Below are positions 1 to 10,109 of a DNA stretch of 61,600 nucleotides, one piece after another. The stretch comes from a virus (lineage: Duplodnaviria > Caudoviricetes). The notes beneath the pieces were generated by a model. It had not been told where the DNA came from. It was given only the letters and a program-made list of their open reading frames with translations, and did no database searches. Position 1 is the first letter of the stretch. Every line of letters starts with the position of its first letter. A program made the translations under genes and the position numbers. Location of the stretch: IMG/VR virus record IMGVR_UViG_3300025168_000088, positions 1 to 61,600 of that record; one strand, given 5' to 3'.

Positions 1-430
1 TCTTCGTCACCATACATTTGAATAGGGTGCGCTGAACGGTTTCGCATTCGTGAGTCCTTATGTGCGAGGAACACACCCGACCCGTCATCTACTTCATTGA
101 ATCCGAGGGTAGCGTTGGCTGATACCAAGCGAGATGCGCCGAAGTAGTAGGTGTTGAGGTTGTTCTGTGCCTCACTACGATTGTATGCCACGCTCGCTGT
201 GCTGTCAGCATCTCCCGAATCACCGAGTTCCCATGTGGGGATTTGCTGGTCGAGTGATGAGAAGTAGTCCTGTGCGCTTAACTTGATTGTCGGGGTGCGC
301 TCTACTGCTCCCATAGAATAATTAAGAGAGTTGATTGACCCTCGCCATAGTGGTCGGTCAATGTTATCTCGGAACATTAGAAGAGACCAGTCGGCATATG
401 ATGAAGCATTGAAGAACTCAAGCAACTTTA
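1..430. repeat. Terminal direct repeat, copy 1 (circular permutation / assembly overlap)
   Basis: 1-430 aligns ungapped with 61171-61600, with 11 mismatches. Confidence 0.97.
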
Positions 431-1778
431 ACTGTGCATCGTCGTCAATTAAAGTGAGATTTAGAGTAGATACAGCATTCACCGAGGTGTTATATGCCAT
501 AGAGACCGCTGGAGGCATCTCTAAGCCGCTTGGATAGTCGTTAAGGGGTCTTACCAGCCCCACACGGTCAATGAGCACAGCGGCCTTCTTAGAGCAACTT
601 TTAGCCTGTATCATCCAACCATACATGTCGGAGGCTGTGAAGTTGGTTCCGTCAGCCTTTGTAGTCATGGCTTGGTTTGTCGCTACGGCAGTGCCGTTTT
701 TGTAGAGAGTGTAGCGATTGTTCGTATAGTCAATCACGAAGTCGTAGTCATCCCAAAGAGAAGCAACCGTAGGTGGACTGGCATATGATGATGAGTCGGT
801 TTCTTGGTATGCCACAGGAGTAATTTCTAATTCTATTGCGGCTCGTGAGTAGCCAGTGTCGCCCGATGCCGCACTGGTAAATGCAGTTCCCTCGCAACCA
901 ATACTCAATTTAAATCGAGCGGCTGATGTATCAACAGCGCATGCGTGCACACGCATAGTAAATATGTCTCCGTCGCCTTTTGAGTTAAGGCTACCGTCGA
1001 ATGAGAGAACTGGTGCGTAACTGGCCGAGGTCATGTAGACTTCACTTACTAAGAATGGTTTGCCAGCGGGAGACTCAATAGGATAAAGATACGCCTTTGG
1101 TGCGCTGTTGGTGTAGGCATTGTTAAACAAAACCTCTCCCGAATACACACCTGCGAGGTGAGTTCTTACGACGGTAGTTGGTGCTGATACACCAGTAGGT
1201 ATTCCAGCGGTAGAGTGTAGTTCACTTGTAGCACCTGCGTCGTAGTCGGGAGTCTTTGAGGTTGCTCTACCGTAGGAACTGTCGTTGGTTCCCACAGCGG
1301 AGTAGTAGCGACTGGCTGTGTTGTAGCCGTATGAGAATAGGAGATATGCGTCTTTGGCATCGGCGGCTTTGTATGCCTGTCCGAGTATGCCTGTTCCGCC
1401 GTCGAATCGCTGGCGGTTCGCATTTGTTAATGAGTCGGGATATTGCAGTTGAGCAGTTCCCTCGTATGTTCCGGCGTTGCGTCGGTTTTGGTCGTATGCC
1501 AACCACTCATTGATACCGCCGTTATGCTTGTATTGGTCGGCTGTGGCTATGGCGGCATTGTTGAACCTGCCGCTGGCACCGTCGCCTCGCTCACACCATG
1601 CGTAGGTGTAGCGTGTGTTTAGATTGGCCCACCCATTGATAGGGTTGCCGTGATGACTCTTTGCTGAGGACCATGTAGTTCCCTGTGTGTTTAGGTCATC
1701 GGGGAGTGCACGAGCACCGATGAAGTCGTCGTAATAGCCAGCCATCCAAAAGGTCAATCGTCGGTCTACATCTCGCAT
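1..1778 (-). CDS. 5' part of giant tail/baseplate protein (continues at 61170..56223; ~2241 aa in total)
   Basis: ATG at 1778 preceded by AGGTGA RBS (MRDVDRRLTFWMAGYYDDF...). Same frame as ORF 56223..61547 across the terminal repeat. Lies directly downstream of the tape measure gene. Missed by the ORF track because it runs off the end; absence of internal stops only spot-checked. Confidence 0.85.
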   Translation of the reverse strand, partial: MRDVDRRLTFWMAGYYDDFIGARALPDDLNTQGTTWSSAKSHHGNPINGWANLNTRYTYAWCERGDGASGRFNNAAIATADQYKHNGGINEWLAYDQNRRNAGTYEGTAQLQYPDSLTNANRQRFDGGTGILGQAYKAADAKDAYLLFSYGYNTASRYYSAVGTNDSSYGRATSKTPDYDAGATSELHSTAGIPTGVSAPTTVVRTHLAGVYSGEVLFNNAYTNSAPKAYLYPIESPAGKPFLVSEVYMTSASYAPVLSFDGSLNSKGDGDIFTMRVHACAVDTSAARFKLSIGCEGTAFTSAASGDTGYSRAAIELEITPVAYQETDSSSYASPPTVASLWDDYDFVIDYTNNRYTLYKNGTAVATNQAMTTKADGTNFTASDMYGWMIQAKSCSKKAAVLIDRVGLVRPLNDYPSGLEMPPAVSMAYNTSVNAVSTLNLTLIDDDAQLKLLEFFNASSYADWSLLMFRDNIDRPLWRGSINSLNYSMGAVERTPTIKLSAQDYFSSLDQQIPTWELGDSGDADSTASVAYNRSEAQNNLNTYYFGASRLVSANATLGFNEVDDGSGVFLAHKDSRMRNRSAHPIQMYGDE

Positions 1779-1796
1779 CTACTTCACCTATTACTA

Positions 1797-4700
1797 TTAC
1801 TGTCCTCTACCTGCGAGAACTTCATTTACTATTCCTGTTATTCTATGTGCCGCTTCTTGTTCGTTAAAGAAGCCGTGAAAGTTCGTCGTCATTATGACTT
1901 CATTCTTATGGTATAAAGTGCCGACCCCTTGTTTCACTACTGTTCGATAAAGTGAGCCGGTGACATTCCCATACTTACCACCAAAGAACAACTCTTCACG
2001 AGCACCGGAGAAGTTGTAAATCTCATCGGTCAAGTTCTTTATGTCATCGGAGGCACTACTCATAGCACCATTGGTAATTTCTATTTGTTCTCCTAATGCC
2101 GCTTGAGCATATGCTTGAATCTCGGTAGTATTTACCAACTTATTCATGTTTCGTAAATGTTCGGTTATTTTGTCATTATTAAAATAGTCTTCGGCCATAT
2201 TCATTTGTTCGGCGGTTAATTTATTTTCTTGTTCCATGTATTGAATAATAGTGTTAAGGTTTCTTAGGGCCGCTCCTTCGGCGGCATATCCGAATGAGTC
2301 ATCAAAATCCATACCAAATCTATTTATGTCATCAAATAATTCTTGTCCGGCACTTATGTCAAAAGCATCACTCATGCCTCTTCTAAATCTCTTATAGGTG
2401 CTTGTTAATTCACCTCGTGCATCTCGTGCAGATTCACCAAATAATTCATCATTTAATGTGTTCTGTGCTAAATCAACAGTGGACTTGACGATATTAAGAT
2501 AGGTAAGTGCATTCTGTATCTGTTGGTTTTGTTCGGTAGTGAACTTACCCATGTTATTATTGAGAATTGAAATCATAGAGTCTATGTCGGCTCCGTTGTC
2601 AAGCATCTCACCGGTAGACATATTATCAATACCAAGAACTTTAGCGAGAGTATCGTCGCCAATTATTTCTTTTTCTCTTGAGATTGACCCCATCACATTC
2701 TCGAACTCAAGAGCCTCAGCATTTAATTTGTCTAATTGCTTTTGCGATTTTTCGGCCTGCTTATGAACATAATACATGCCTCCGGCGAGGAGGGCGAGCG
2801 GAGCAACCATAGCACCAAGAGTAAGAGTAGTAGAAACAGCGGCGGCATTAGTCAATTTCATACTCGCCGCTAATTGCATTTGCCTTTTGCTGGCTGTGCC
2901 TGCTATAATAGCGTTCCTTGTTTGAGCAACACTCATAGTAATAATTTGACCTGCGGCAGTGGCGGCTTGTTTTCCAGCCACAGCGACATTCCCAGCCATA
3001 AACGCCATTGATGCGGCGGCACCTGCCGGCCCACCAATTATTCCACCAAGCAACCCTATACTGCTTTGCATAGCAAATCCAAGTTGACGGAAAGCCATGC
3101 TTTTATCTTTGGCAAATTGAAGTTGCTCTTTATCATGGTCGGGTTTGTATTTTGCGACTATCTTCGCCTGCACATCGGACAATTCTTTTTCTTCCTGTGT
3201 TAAAATCTCAGTTAATGCTATTGCGGCTTTTTTCTTTTCGTTTTCCCCTTCTCGCTCATTAGCGACTTTTTTAATTAACGGGGCTATTTTTGCCATTATA
3301 TCAGCATCTAATTCATAGAGGGGAATTAGTTCTTGTGTTGTTCCTTGTAGGTGCCCCTCAACAGCCGAAAGAGCGTTCTTTACACTTGTCACTCTTCGTG
3401 TTGATTCGACTAAATCCTGTTGAGCGAGGTGGACTGTGCTCGTGACTCTTGTTGTTTGAATCATCTCGCCTTGAACTTGTTGCATAGCCCTTGTAAATAA
3501 ATCGGCTTCATAAGCACTAAAGGTTTCTATTTCACCATTGAACTTCTTTTGTTCCATAGCGGCGAGACCCGTCATGTCGGCGTAATTTTTGTAGATTTGC
3601 TCTTGATTCGCCATTCCATGACTCATATCCAGTAACTCTTTATTGCTTTTAGCACTTTTTAATTGTTCTTCGCTAAATGCCTCTCTAAATGCGAAACCAG
3701 CATCTTTAGCCATATGCCGCATACGATTCATTACCACTTCTCTTTCTCTATCACCGAATAGGATGCCCTGTCTACCTGCTATCATTTTGTCAGCGTCACC
3801 ATAGGTCATGCCTATGTGGTCCATTTGATTTAATCCTTTAGCCCTGTAATTTTCATTAGCGGCCTTGAGGTCTTGTAGAAGTGCGTGTTCCTCTCGCAAC
3901 AAATTATGCCGCTCCTCAATCTCAAGAATCTCCTCGTGAGTTAATCGCTTGGCCGCATCAAGGTCAGCGAGATACTGCCGCATCATGGCGTCTTGAGTTG
4001 CTGATTTTTCACTATATAGGTTGTTGACTGTCTCCAGCATATTACTTTCAAAGGACTGCTCGTATGTCAGTCGAGCAAACCTTCTTTCAGCAATCCCTGC
4101 TTGAGCGTCATCCTCGACTGTCTGTAATTTTTTAGCCGCACTTAACTTTCTTTGTAGGGCGAAAGATTTTTCTTCGAGTGTGTTATATCTTTCTCCGTGA
4201 TGCTCCATTAGGATGAATAGGTCTTTTTGGCCCCGCAACTCGTGCGAGATAACTTGTTCAGCAAATCTCCGCTCCTGTGCGTGCATGTTGATTTTCTGTT
4301 GAATAAATTGTAACCCCGATAAAAGGTCTCGCTGTGTTGCGGTTGCTCGCATATTATATTCTTGATAATTTGCCGCTTTGCTGTGTAGGTGTTCGTTGGC
4401 AACGAGGATGCCGTTGAGTTGTCGCTGGACCGATGTGAACATCTCGAAACCAATACCGAGAGATTGCGTAGCCAAACCTACTTTGATAAAGCCACCCATT
4501 ACCCCCATAGTTCCCTTTAGTCTACCAAGAACTACGCCGAGATTACCCAATGAATCACTCAAAGTCTCAGTCATTTGGAGGTAGTCATTTTGAACTTCGA
4601 CTTGTCCACGCATGAACGGTGTAAGTCCTTCTCCAATCTTAGCACGCAGGTTCTCATTTTCTACCTGCGCTTTCTTTAACAAGTTGACTTCTTCGGACAA

Positions 4701-5753
4701 CGCCTTATTTGCCTGCCCCAATGCCGAGTCAAAACCTGCCGCACCATCAGTGGCGAGTTGCATTGTTCGCTCGTAGTTCTCCATCAACTTGATGAAACGG
4801 ACATAGTGCCGGTTGCCAGCAATCGTTTGTGCGATAGCCTGCTTTTCAGCACCCTCTAATTCACTCCAGCCTTTTTCGCTGAGTTCTGTAAGGACTGCCT
4901 GCATGGTTTTCATGTTGTCGTTGCTATCAGTCAACTCAAAGCCCATAGCCTCGATTTGAGTTCGTGCGCCGGAGATGTCACCACCAAGACGAGCATACAT
5001 CATACGGAGGGCACGACCAGCAGTTCCTTGTTCTTCACCTGCTTCGAGTAGAGTTGCGGATGCCGCCGCCATGAACTCGAATGAATCACCGACCAACTCA
5101 CCCTGTGCGGCGAATGTGCCCATGACCCGAACCAAGTCGCCTTCAAGAGCAACCGAGCGGTTCGCAATAGTGTTCAGTGCGTCGAGGGCCTTAGCACCTT
5201 CACGAACAAGCACATTTTGTTGCTCTTGTAAAGATAAACGAAGGAACGATTCACGGTTCATTTCACCAAAGAGCATACCTGTCTGTTGGTGTAGTTGAAT
5301 AATGCCACGCTGTGCTTCTTCGGCGTTAAGGTCGGAGATTTCAGCCAAAGTCAGCGCCAACTTTTGAAGTGTTTGCACATTCCCTCTACCAATTAAATTA
5401 GCAACTTGGGCGGCACGAGAGCCTGCGGCTAAAGCCTCAACTCCAGTCTGTGCGAACTCCTGTCCGAGTTCCATGACACTATCACGCATAGCCTCCATTT
5501 CGGGCAGTGTTCCAAAGAACTTCTCGAACTCGACTGCGGCTAAACCGAGAGCCTCTTGTAGAGGACCGAGTTCGTCGGTGATTTGATTTATGCCTTGACT
5601 TAAGCCTTCTATTGGTTTGAGGATAGCCTCGAATGTATCGAGAGACACAGCCTTCATAACTGTGTTGATGGAGCGATAATCCTTAATCAACTTCTCGGCG
5701 TTGAATTGCGCCACGATGTTGAAAAAGACTTGGGATGCTCCGATTCGTGTCAT
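1797..5753 (-). CDS. Tail tape measure protein
   Basis: 1318 aa, helical, Ala/Gln/Met-rich. TP901-type core (AGEEQGTAGRALRMMYARL...LTDSNDNMKTMQAVL) and hydrophobic Gly/Ala segments. Follows the tail chaperones. GGAGGTGA RBS. Confidence 0.93.
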   Translation of the reverse strand: MTRIGASQVFFNIVAQFNAEKLIKDYRSINTVMKAVSLDTFEAILKPIEGLSQGINQITDELGPLQEALGLAAVEFEKFFGTLPEMEAMRDSVMELGQEFAQTGVEALAAGSRAAQVANLIGRGNVQTLQKLALTLAEISDLNAEEAQRGIIQLHQQTGMLFGEMNRESFLRLSLQEQQNVLVREGAKALDALNTIANRSVALEGDLVRVMGTFAAQGELVGDSFEFMAAASATLLEAGEEQGTAGRALRMMYARLGGDISGARTQIEAMGFELTDSNDNMKTMQAVLTELSEKGWSELEGAEKQAIAQTIAGNRHYVRFIKLMENYERTMQLATDGAAGFDSALGQANKALSEEVNLLKKAQVENENLRAKIGEGLTPFMRGQVEVQNDYLQMTETLSDSLGNLGVVLGRLKGTMGVMGGFIKVGLATQSLGIGFEMFTSVQRQLNGILVANEHLHSKAANYQEYNMRATATQRDLLSGLQFIQQKINMHAQERRFAEQVISHELRGQKDLFILMEHHGERYNTLEEKSFALQRKLSAAKKLQTVEDDAQAGIAERRFARLTYEQSFESNMLETVNNLYSEKSATQDAMMRQYLADLDAAKRLTHEEILEIEERHNLLREEHALLQDLKAANENYRAKGLNQMDHIGMTYGDADKMIAGRQGILFGDREREVVMNRMRHMAKDAGFAFREAFSEEQLKSAKSNKELLDMSHGMANQEQIYKNYADMTGLAAMEQKKFNGEIETFSAYEADLFTRAMQQVQGEMIQTTRVTSTVHLAQQDLVESTRRVTSVKNALSAVEGHLQGTTQELIPLYELDADIMAKIAPLIKKVANEREGENEKKKAAIALTEILTQEEKELSDVQAKIVAKYKPDHDKEQLQFAKDKSMAFRQLGFAMQSSIGLLGGIIGGPAGAAASMAFMAGNVAVAGKQAATAAGQIITMSVAQTRNAIIAGTASKRQMQLAASMKLTNAAAVSTTLTLGAMVAPLALLAGGMYYVHKQAEKSQKQLDKLNAEALEFENVMGSISREKEIIGDDTLAKVLGIDNMSTGEMLDNGADIDSMISILNNNMGKFTTEQNQQIQNALTYLNIVKSTVDLAQNTLNDELFGESARDARGELTSTYKRFRRGMSDAFDISAGQELFDDINRFGMDFDDSFGYAAEGAALRNLNTIIQYMEQENKLTAEQMNMAEDYFNNDKITEHLRNMNKLVNTTEIQAYAQAALGEQIEITNGAMSSASDDIKNLTDEIYNFSGAREELFFGGKYGNVTGSLYRTVVKQGVGTLYHKNEVIMTTNFHGFFNEQEAAHRITGIVNEVLAGRGQ

Positions 5754-5766
5754 GTATTCACCTCCT

Positions 5767-6057
5767 CTATTCTTTCACAGGTATGCCCCGTTGTTTTAAT
5801 AATGCGATTGCATCACTGTCGGATATGGTCGCACGCTTTTGTCGTCGTTGCTTTCTACGAGCCTCCATAGAAGCACCATCATTAGAGGATGATTGGCTTT
5901 CTTGGATTTGCTCATGGATAGTATTTAGACATGCGAGGTCATATTCTAATCGGTTCATCCCTCCCTTCTTGGCATACTTATCGAGTAAGTCCGAGGGGAG
6001 AACGCCTTTATAGGAGGAGCAAAGTGCGGGTGCTACTTTACTCAAGAGTCCAAAGGG
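5767..6057 (-). CDS. Tail assembly chaperone C-terminal extension (gpGT-like, via -1 frameshift)
   Basis: Only a TTG start. Frame is entered by a -1 slip at C CCT TTG (6057-6051) near the end of the upstream ORF. Position between chaperone and tape measure. Confidence 0.75.
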   Translation of the reverse strand, partial: PFGLLSKVAPALCSSYKGVLPSDLLDKYAKKGGMNRLEYDLACLNTIHEQIQESQSSSNDGASMEARRKQRRQKRATISDSDAIALLKQRGIPVKE

Positions 6058-6392
6058 ACTGCTCCCTCCGGCTCATCGTCTGTTCCACGGACAAAATCGA
6101 AAATATCCATGAGAGTATCACGGTCGATGAGATTAAGGTCTGTCTCATCCATAAGACAAGGAGGAACAAGGTCACGGATTTGGTCTTCCATAGCCCCACC
6201 TACGCTTTCAAGTTCAACGAGGAACTCTTCTTGTTGTTCTTCGGTCCATTCCAAGTTGTTCGGGCCAAAATGCCGGAACTTTCGGAATGTTTTTGCGAGC
6301 ATGGTTTCATACTTCAAGCGTTCCATACCGGATGCTTGTCGAACCCACACTTTCTTGCTACCTATTTCAAATTGTTTCTTTAACACTGTCAT
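6042..6392 (-). CDS. Tail assembly chaperone (gpG-like)
   Basis: 116 aa acidic protein between tail tube and tape measure; ends in a slippery heptamer. Confidence 0.75.
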   Translation of the reverse strand: MTVLKKQFEIGSKKVWVRQASGMERLKYETMLAKTFRKFRHFGPNNLEWTEEQQEEFLVELESVGGAMEDQIRDLVPPCLMDETDLNLIDRDTLMDIFDFVRGTDDEPEGAVPLDS

Positions 6393-6591
6393 CTTTCTTC
6401 ACTTCACTTTTCTTTGCTTTACTTGTCTTTTTCTTAGCAGGTGCTTTCTTCTTTGGCACTACTTTCTTTTCGACCACTGGTTCGGGTGCTTCGACCCTTG
6501 TATCAACTACGGGGAGGATGCCCAACTTAGGCTTTGTTCCTTTTCGTAGTGCGGAGAGTTCTTGTCCTTTAATTGGTTTGTTATTCTTCAT
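6367..6591 (-). CDS. Small Lys-rich hypothetical protein
   Basis: GAGGTGA RBS; basic tail PKKKAPAKKKTSKAKK. Confidence 0.6.
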   Translation of the reverse strand: MKNNKPIKGQELSALRKGTKPKLGILPVVDTRVEAPEPVVEKKVVPKKKAPAKKKTSKAKKSEVKKDDSVKETI

Positions 6592-6602
6592 TCTTAATCA
6601 CC

Positions 6603-6794
6603 TCATTGGTCTTCAAAGAGTATGTATGCAGTGACTCTATTTGGGTTTTGAGCATTACGCAAATATACAACATTGTATAAATTGTCGCCCGTAGCGAGAT
6701 TTGCTCTAAGATATACTTGAACAGCGGCGGCAATAGTTGTTATCTCACCGGATATAGTGTGAGTTGTTAACTTTGTTGGGTCATTGACTGGCAA
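6603..6794 (-). CDS. Small hypothetical virion-module protein
   Basis: 63 aa with GAGGTGA RBS, in the tail operon. Confidence 0.6.
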   Translation of the reverse strand: MPVNDPTKLTTHTISGEITTIAAAVQVYLRANLATGDNLYNVVYLRNAQNPNRVTAYILFEDQ

Positions 6795-6804
6795 TTAAAT
6801 CACC

Positions 6805-7914
6805 TCAAGCCTGTGAATACTTAATACCAGTAGCGAGGGCAGAGGATGGGTCATCAAGTGCTAAAACCGTTTGGCACATTACGCCAGTTGTAACATCTAC
6901 CAAAGCGACAAATGACATTGTAAGAGTAGAGGTATCTCGACCCGAAACATTTGACTGTGGTGCCTCCCATCGGACCTTTTGAATAGCGATTTGAAGACTT
7001 TGATTGCCGTTATTGAAATCCAATCGAACTGCTGGGTGAGAGGTAGCACCGTCAAAGATTTTACCACCTGTTGATAGTGCGGTTTCGTAGTCGGGTGTGT
7101 TGGATTCGGACACTGAATCTTGAGAAGTAGAGAACTCGACTGTTCCTGTAATCTCTCGCATCTGTGGTTGAGGCTGTCGGCGGTAGGTTCGGCTACCGAT
7201 TGAACAAGCCGCATCAGTGTCAAGATTCATGTTGAACTCAAGACTGATTGACTTAACATTAAGGGAGGTAGTAGAAGCGACCCCATCATCGGAAAAATTA
7301 ACTGTTCCTTCGGCAAAGTGAAATCCGTCAAGTGCGGCACCACCGAAGGTAGGTGTAACAAGAGGGGACAATGCCGATTCGGATTTACCGGTAAAGTCAG
7401 CGGAGATTGTTGCGTATTCTCCGTGGGATGCGGAGATTGAAAGAGATTGAAGGCACATACCAGTGTATGTGTGCTCCTTTTCTTCTCTACCAACTTCGAT
7501 AGTAAATGAAGGAAGTATAAGTCCACTCACCTCTTTCCATGTGTGAGTAAAAGACGACACAGTGTAGCCAGTTGCCGCAGGGCTTGTTGACGCAGTTAAG
7601 ACTGTGCCGTCATCCGCATACTCATCTCCATACAAAGCGTATAATAAAAGACCGAGTGTGTCGTCGGGTTGCATAACAAGGTTAAGTCCACCCTCGGAGT
7701 ATTCTTTGCCATTGACCGACTTAGCGGCACCATAGCGAGACATGTCAGCACGAGTCATTAAGTCAAAGTTGTATGCGAGTGATTCGTCGTCAACTTCTCC
7801 AAATATAGCATTGGAGGCGGTCATAGCCGACTTTATTCCATACGAGCGTGTGCCATTTATGGTAGTGTGTTCGGGAGTAATACTTACATATCGGTTTACA
7901 AAATTAGATGTCAT
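6805..7914 (-). CDS. Major tail tube protein
   Basis: 369 aa, beta-rich. LPSFTIEVG, VKSISLEFNMNL and REITGTVEF motifs are typical of siphovirus tube proteins. AAGGTGA RBS. Confidence 0.85.
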   Translation of the reverse strand: MTSNFVNRYVSITPEHTTINGTRSYGIKSAMTASNAIFGEVDDESLAYNFDLMTRADMSRYGAAKSVNGKEYSEGGLNLVMQPDDTLGLLLYALYGDEYADDGTVLTASTSPAATGYTVSSFTHTWKEVSGLILPSFTIEVGREEKEHTYTGMCLQSLSISASHGEYATISADFTGKSESALSPLVTPTFGGAALDGFHFAEGTVNFSDDGVASTTSLNVKSISLEFNMNLDTDAACSIGSRTYRRQPQPQMREITGTVEFSTSQDSVSESNTPDYETALSTGGKIFDGATSHPAVRLDFNNGNQSLQIAIQKVRWEAPQSNVSGRDTSTLTMSFVALVDVTTGVMCQTVLALDDPSSALATGIKYSQA

Positions 7915-7962
7915 ATAGATTCACCTTAGTAGTGGCTACGAGTGGGCCGACACTTAAGGGTT

Positions 7963-9051
7963 TCACCGATGTAGCATATTTAGGCGACGCATATAGGTGA
8001 CTTCGAGCCGGTGAACACATACCACTTCGTCGTTATCCATCTTGGTATCAAAGTTGATTTCATAGTTAGTAAGACTGTCTGTATTACCTTTCAGTCCAGT
8101 GTTCGTGTAGAGTTCATCGAAGCAATCTCCAGCAATCTCTAAGCCCATGCGGTAAGCATTTTTGTAATCAGTTCCCCTTGTCGTAATAAAGATAATGACT
8201 GTATAGTTCTGCTCGATACGAGTGCCACCAAGACTGGTAAAGTCGGGCGAGTCCAACTTACGGAGAATGACATGAACCGAAGGTTGGGGGATGCGTGAAA
8301 TCATTTGAGATGAGATGTCATATCCGTATAGAATTGATGCGTCACCAACTTGATTCTTGAGATAGAATCTCTTACTGTTTTGTAGTAGTTCTACGATTGA
8401 CAGGGCCATACGCATAAGACTATCAGTGACGAATGGGGAGGTCGATAGTTCGTCGGGACTGTATGCGCCAAATGTTGAAACATAAACATTGTTCCATAGC
8501 ACTGTGCCGCTGTCGTTGCCCCACTTGATTGTCTTACTGGAGCCACTCGCTCCGGTAACTTGTAGATAATTTACCACGCCTGTGTCGTCTTCGATAATCT
8601 CTCGGCAATACATAGTGGCTACACCTGCCGAGGTAAGAGTCAAGCGAATCATAATAGGCACTGAATCAAATGAATCGGCCTGCCCCAAATCAAGGTCTGT
8701 TTTAGTTACTGTGGTGGCACCTACTAACTTTAGGGTCTGTAAGTCACCTGCGGCTTTTACCTGTGCTTTATGGGTGCCGTTGTCAAGTTCCATGAGAACT
8801 GTATTATCGGTAGGTGTGCTCGTAAACTTAAAGCACGCTACTATCGTGTAGTCATTGGTAGTAGGAGTAACGGCCCAGTATTGACCGCTACCAGCGTTGG
8901 CGATTTGCCAAGCCCCTCCAACGGCTGAACCATCGGAACCTGTGCCTGTGAGAGTAAATGATGTGTTGTCCTGTCCGAACTCCGTAAGAGAAGACGGGTC
9001 TCCTCCATTCATCCGGCTGGTCCAGTATTCTGTTGTTGTTGCTATGCTCAT
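7963..9051 (-). CDS. Putative tail terminator with N-terminal beta-sandwich (LamG/ConA-like) domain
   Basis: C-terminal ~145 aa (PQPSVHV...YTVIIFITT...HRLEVTY) resemble a tail terminator and sit just before the tail tube. N-terminal ~200 aa are Thr/Gly beta-rich. Confidence 0.55.
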   Translation of the reverse strand: MSIATTTEYWTSRMNGGDPSSLTEFGQDNTSFTLTGTGSDGSAVGGAWQIANAGSGQYWAVTPTTNDYTIVACFKFTSTPTDNTVLMELDNGTHKAQVKAAGDLQTLKLVGATTVTKTDLDLGQADSFDSVPIMIRLTLTSAGVATMYCREIIEDDTGVVNYLQVTGASGSSKTIKWGNDSGTVLWNNVYVSTFGAYSPDELSTSPFVTDSLMRMALSIVELLQNSKRFYLKNQVGDASILYGYDISSQMISRIPQPSVHVILRKLDSPDFTSLGGTRIEQNYTVIIFITTRGTDYKNAYRMGLEIAGDCFDELYTNTGLKGNTDSLTNYEINFDTKMDNDEVVCVHRLEVTYMRRLNMLHR

Positions 9052-9614
9052 GCGTATGCCTCCTCTAATGCTCTTTTGATACGGGCCTCAATTTTAGGAG
9101 CGGCTCTATCACGAGTCTTACTCAACCAGTCCATAGGCTCAAATCCTTCGTGAACCATATTACCTGTTGTCTTAGCGTTGATGAATCCTCCACCAATAGC
9201 ACCCCAAGATGTTGAGTTCTTAATAGTCTTGAATGTAAATCCATACTCAAAAGGTCGCACTCCGTATTCAAGGATAGCGGCTAATTTACCACCACGAGTT
9301 CCTTCAACACCACCGTTGTCTATTGGGTCGGAACCAAAGCGAACTTCGGCTTCGTTATTTGCATTATTACCTACTTCTACTATGAGTGAGTCGGCAACTA
9401 TGCCAGCCATAGCCCTCAACTTCGGACCTGCATCACGGATTAACTCGCTTTGCGTTTGACTTACTTCTTCTCGTAGGACTTCTTTAATCGCTCTCGCCAT
9501 AATCTCGCCTGATGTTTTTTCCATTCTCTTCGACATCGAATTAAATGGGGCATCGGACATTTTAAAATGAACGGATGCAAAGTCCGTTGTCATGTCAATG
9601 TTAAGACCGACCAT
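9048..9614 (-). CDS. Neck/tail completion protein (HK97 gp10-like)
   Basis: AAILEYG...HEGFEPMDWL pattern and position in the neck module. Confidence 0.65.
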   Translation of the reverse strand: MVGLNIDMTTDFASVHFKMSDAPFNSMSKRMEKTSGEIMARAIKEVLREEVSQTQSELIRDAGPKLRAMAGIVADSLIVEVGNNANNEAEVRFGSDPIDNGGVEGTRGGKLAAILEYGVRPFEYGFTFKTIKNSTSWGAIGGGFINAKTTGNMVHEGFEPMDWLSKTRDRAAPKIEARIKRALEEAYA

Positions 9615-9615
9615 A

Positions 9616-9951
9616 TCAAGACACCGTTCCTAAGTGTGCAAGCCGTAGGAGTTCCCCAACCCCTCGCATTCTTAGGATGTTGGACCGAACAGGGTCAGCA
9701 CCGGCTTGATGAAATGCTGATTCATCTTCAAGATAAATAGATGCGGATAGGTCAGCGCATATCTCTTTGAGGACTGCGGCCATGTTACCAGTAGCACCAG
9801 TTGGTGCGGCTCTACCGTAGTCACGAAACTCTTGGTCTATTTGAATAGTGGCTCGACTCACTGCGCTTGTAATGCGAGTAGCCGCTCTTGCTTTCTGTGC
9901 TGAGTCAAGTCCGAGGCGGATTGCTACATCAGTGTTGGTGCAGTATGTCAT
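9616..9951 (-). CDS. Head-tail adaptor-like protein
   Basis: MTYCTNTDV...ATIQID...LKEICADL pattern (Mu gp36 / SPP1 gp15-like). Confidence 0.65.
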   Translation of the reverse strand: MTYCTNTDVAIRLGLDSAQKARAATRITSAVSRATIQIDQEFRDYGRAAPTGATGNMAAVLKEICADLSASIYLEDESAFHQAGADPVRSNILRMRGVGELLRLAHLGTVS

Positions 9952-10109
9952 TACATGACCCCCTGCACATCAACACCAAAGGAAGCGAACAGGGCGATAG
10001 CGGCGTATTTAATGTATTTAGCCATAGTCGATAACTCAAGAACTGCTTGTTCAAGTAGACGAACTCGGTCGTCTAATTCATCGAGTCTGTCATCTTCACT
10101 CCTTGACAT
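9951..10109 (-). CDS. Small coiled-coil plus TM protein (XhlA-like architecture)
   Basis: Own translation: MSRSEDDRLDELDDRVRLLEQAVLELSTMAKYIKYAAIALFASFGVDVQGVM. AGGTGA RBS; TAATG coupling to the next gene. Confidence 0.6.
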   Translation of the reverse strand: MSRSEDDRLDELDDRVRLLEQAVLELSTMAKYIKYAAIALFASFGVDVQGVM

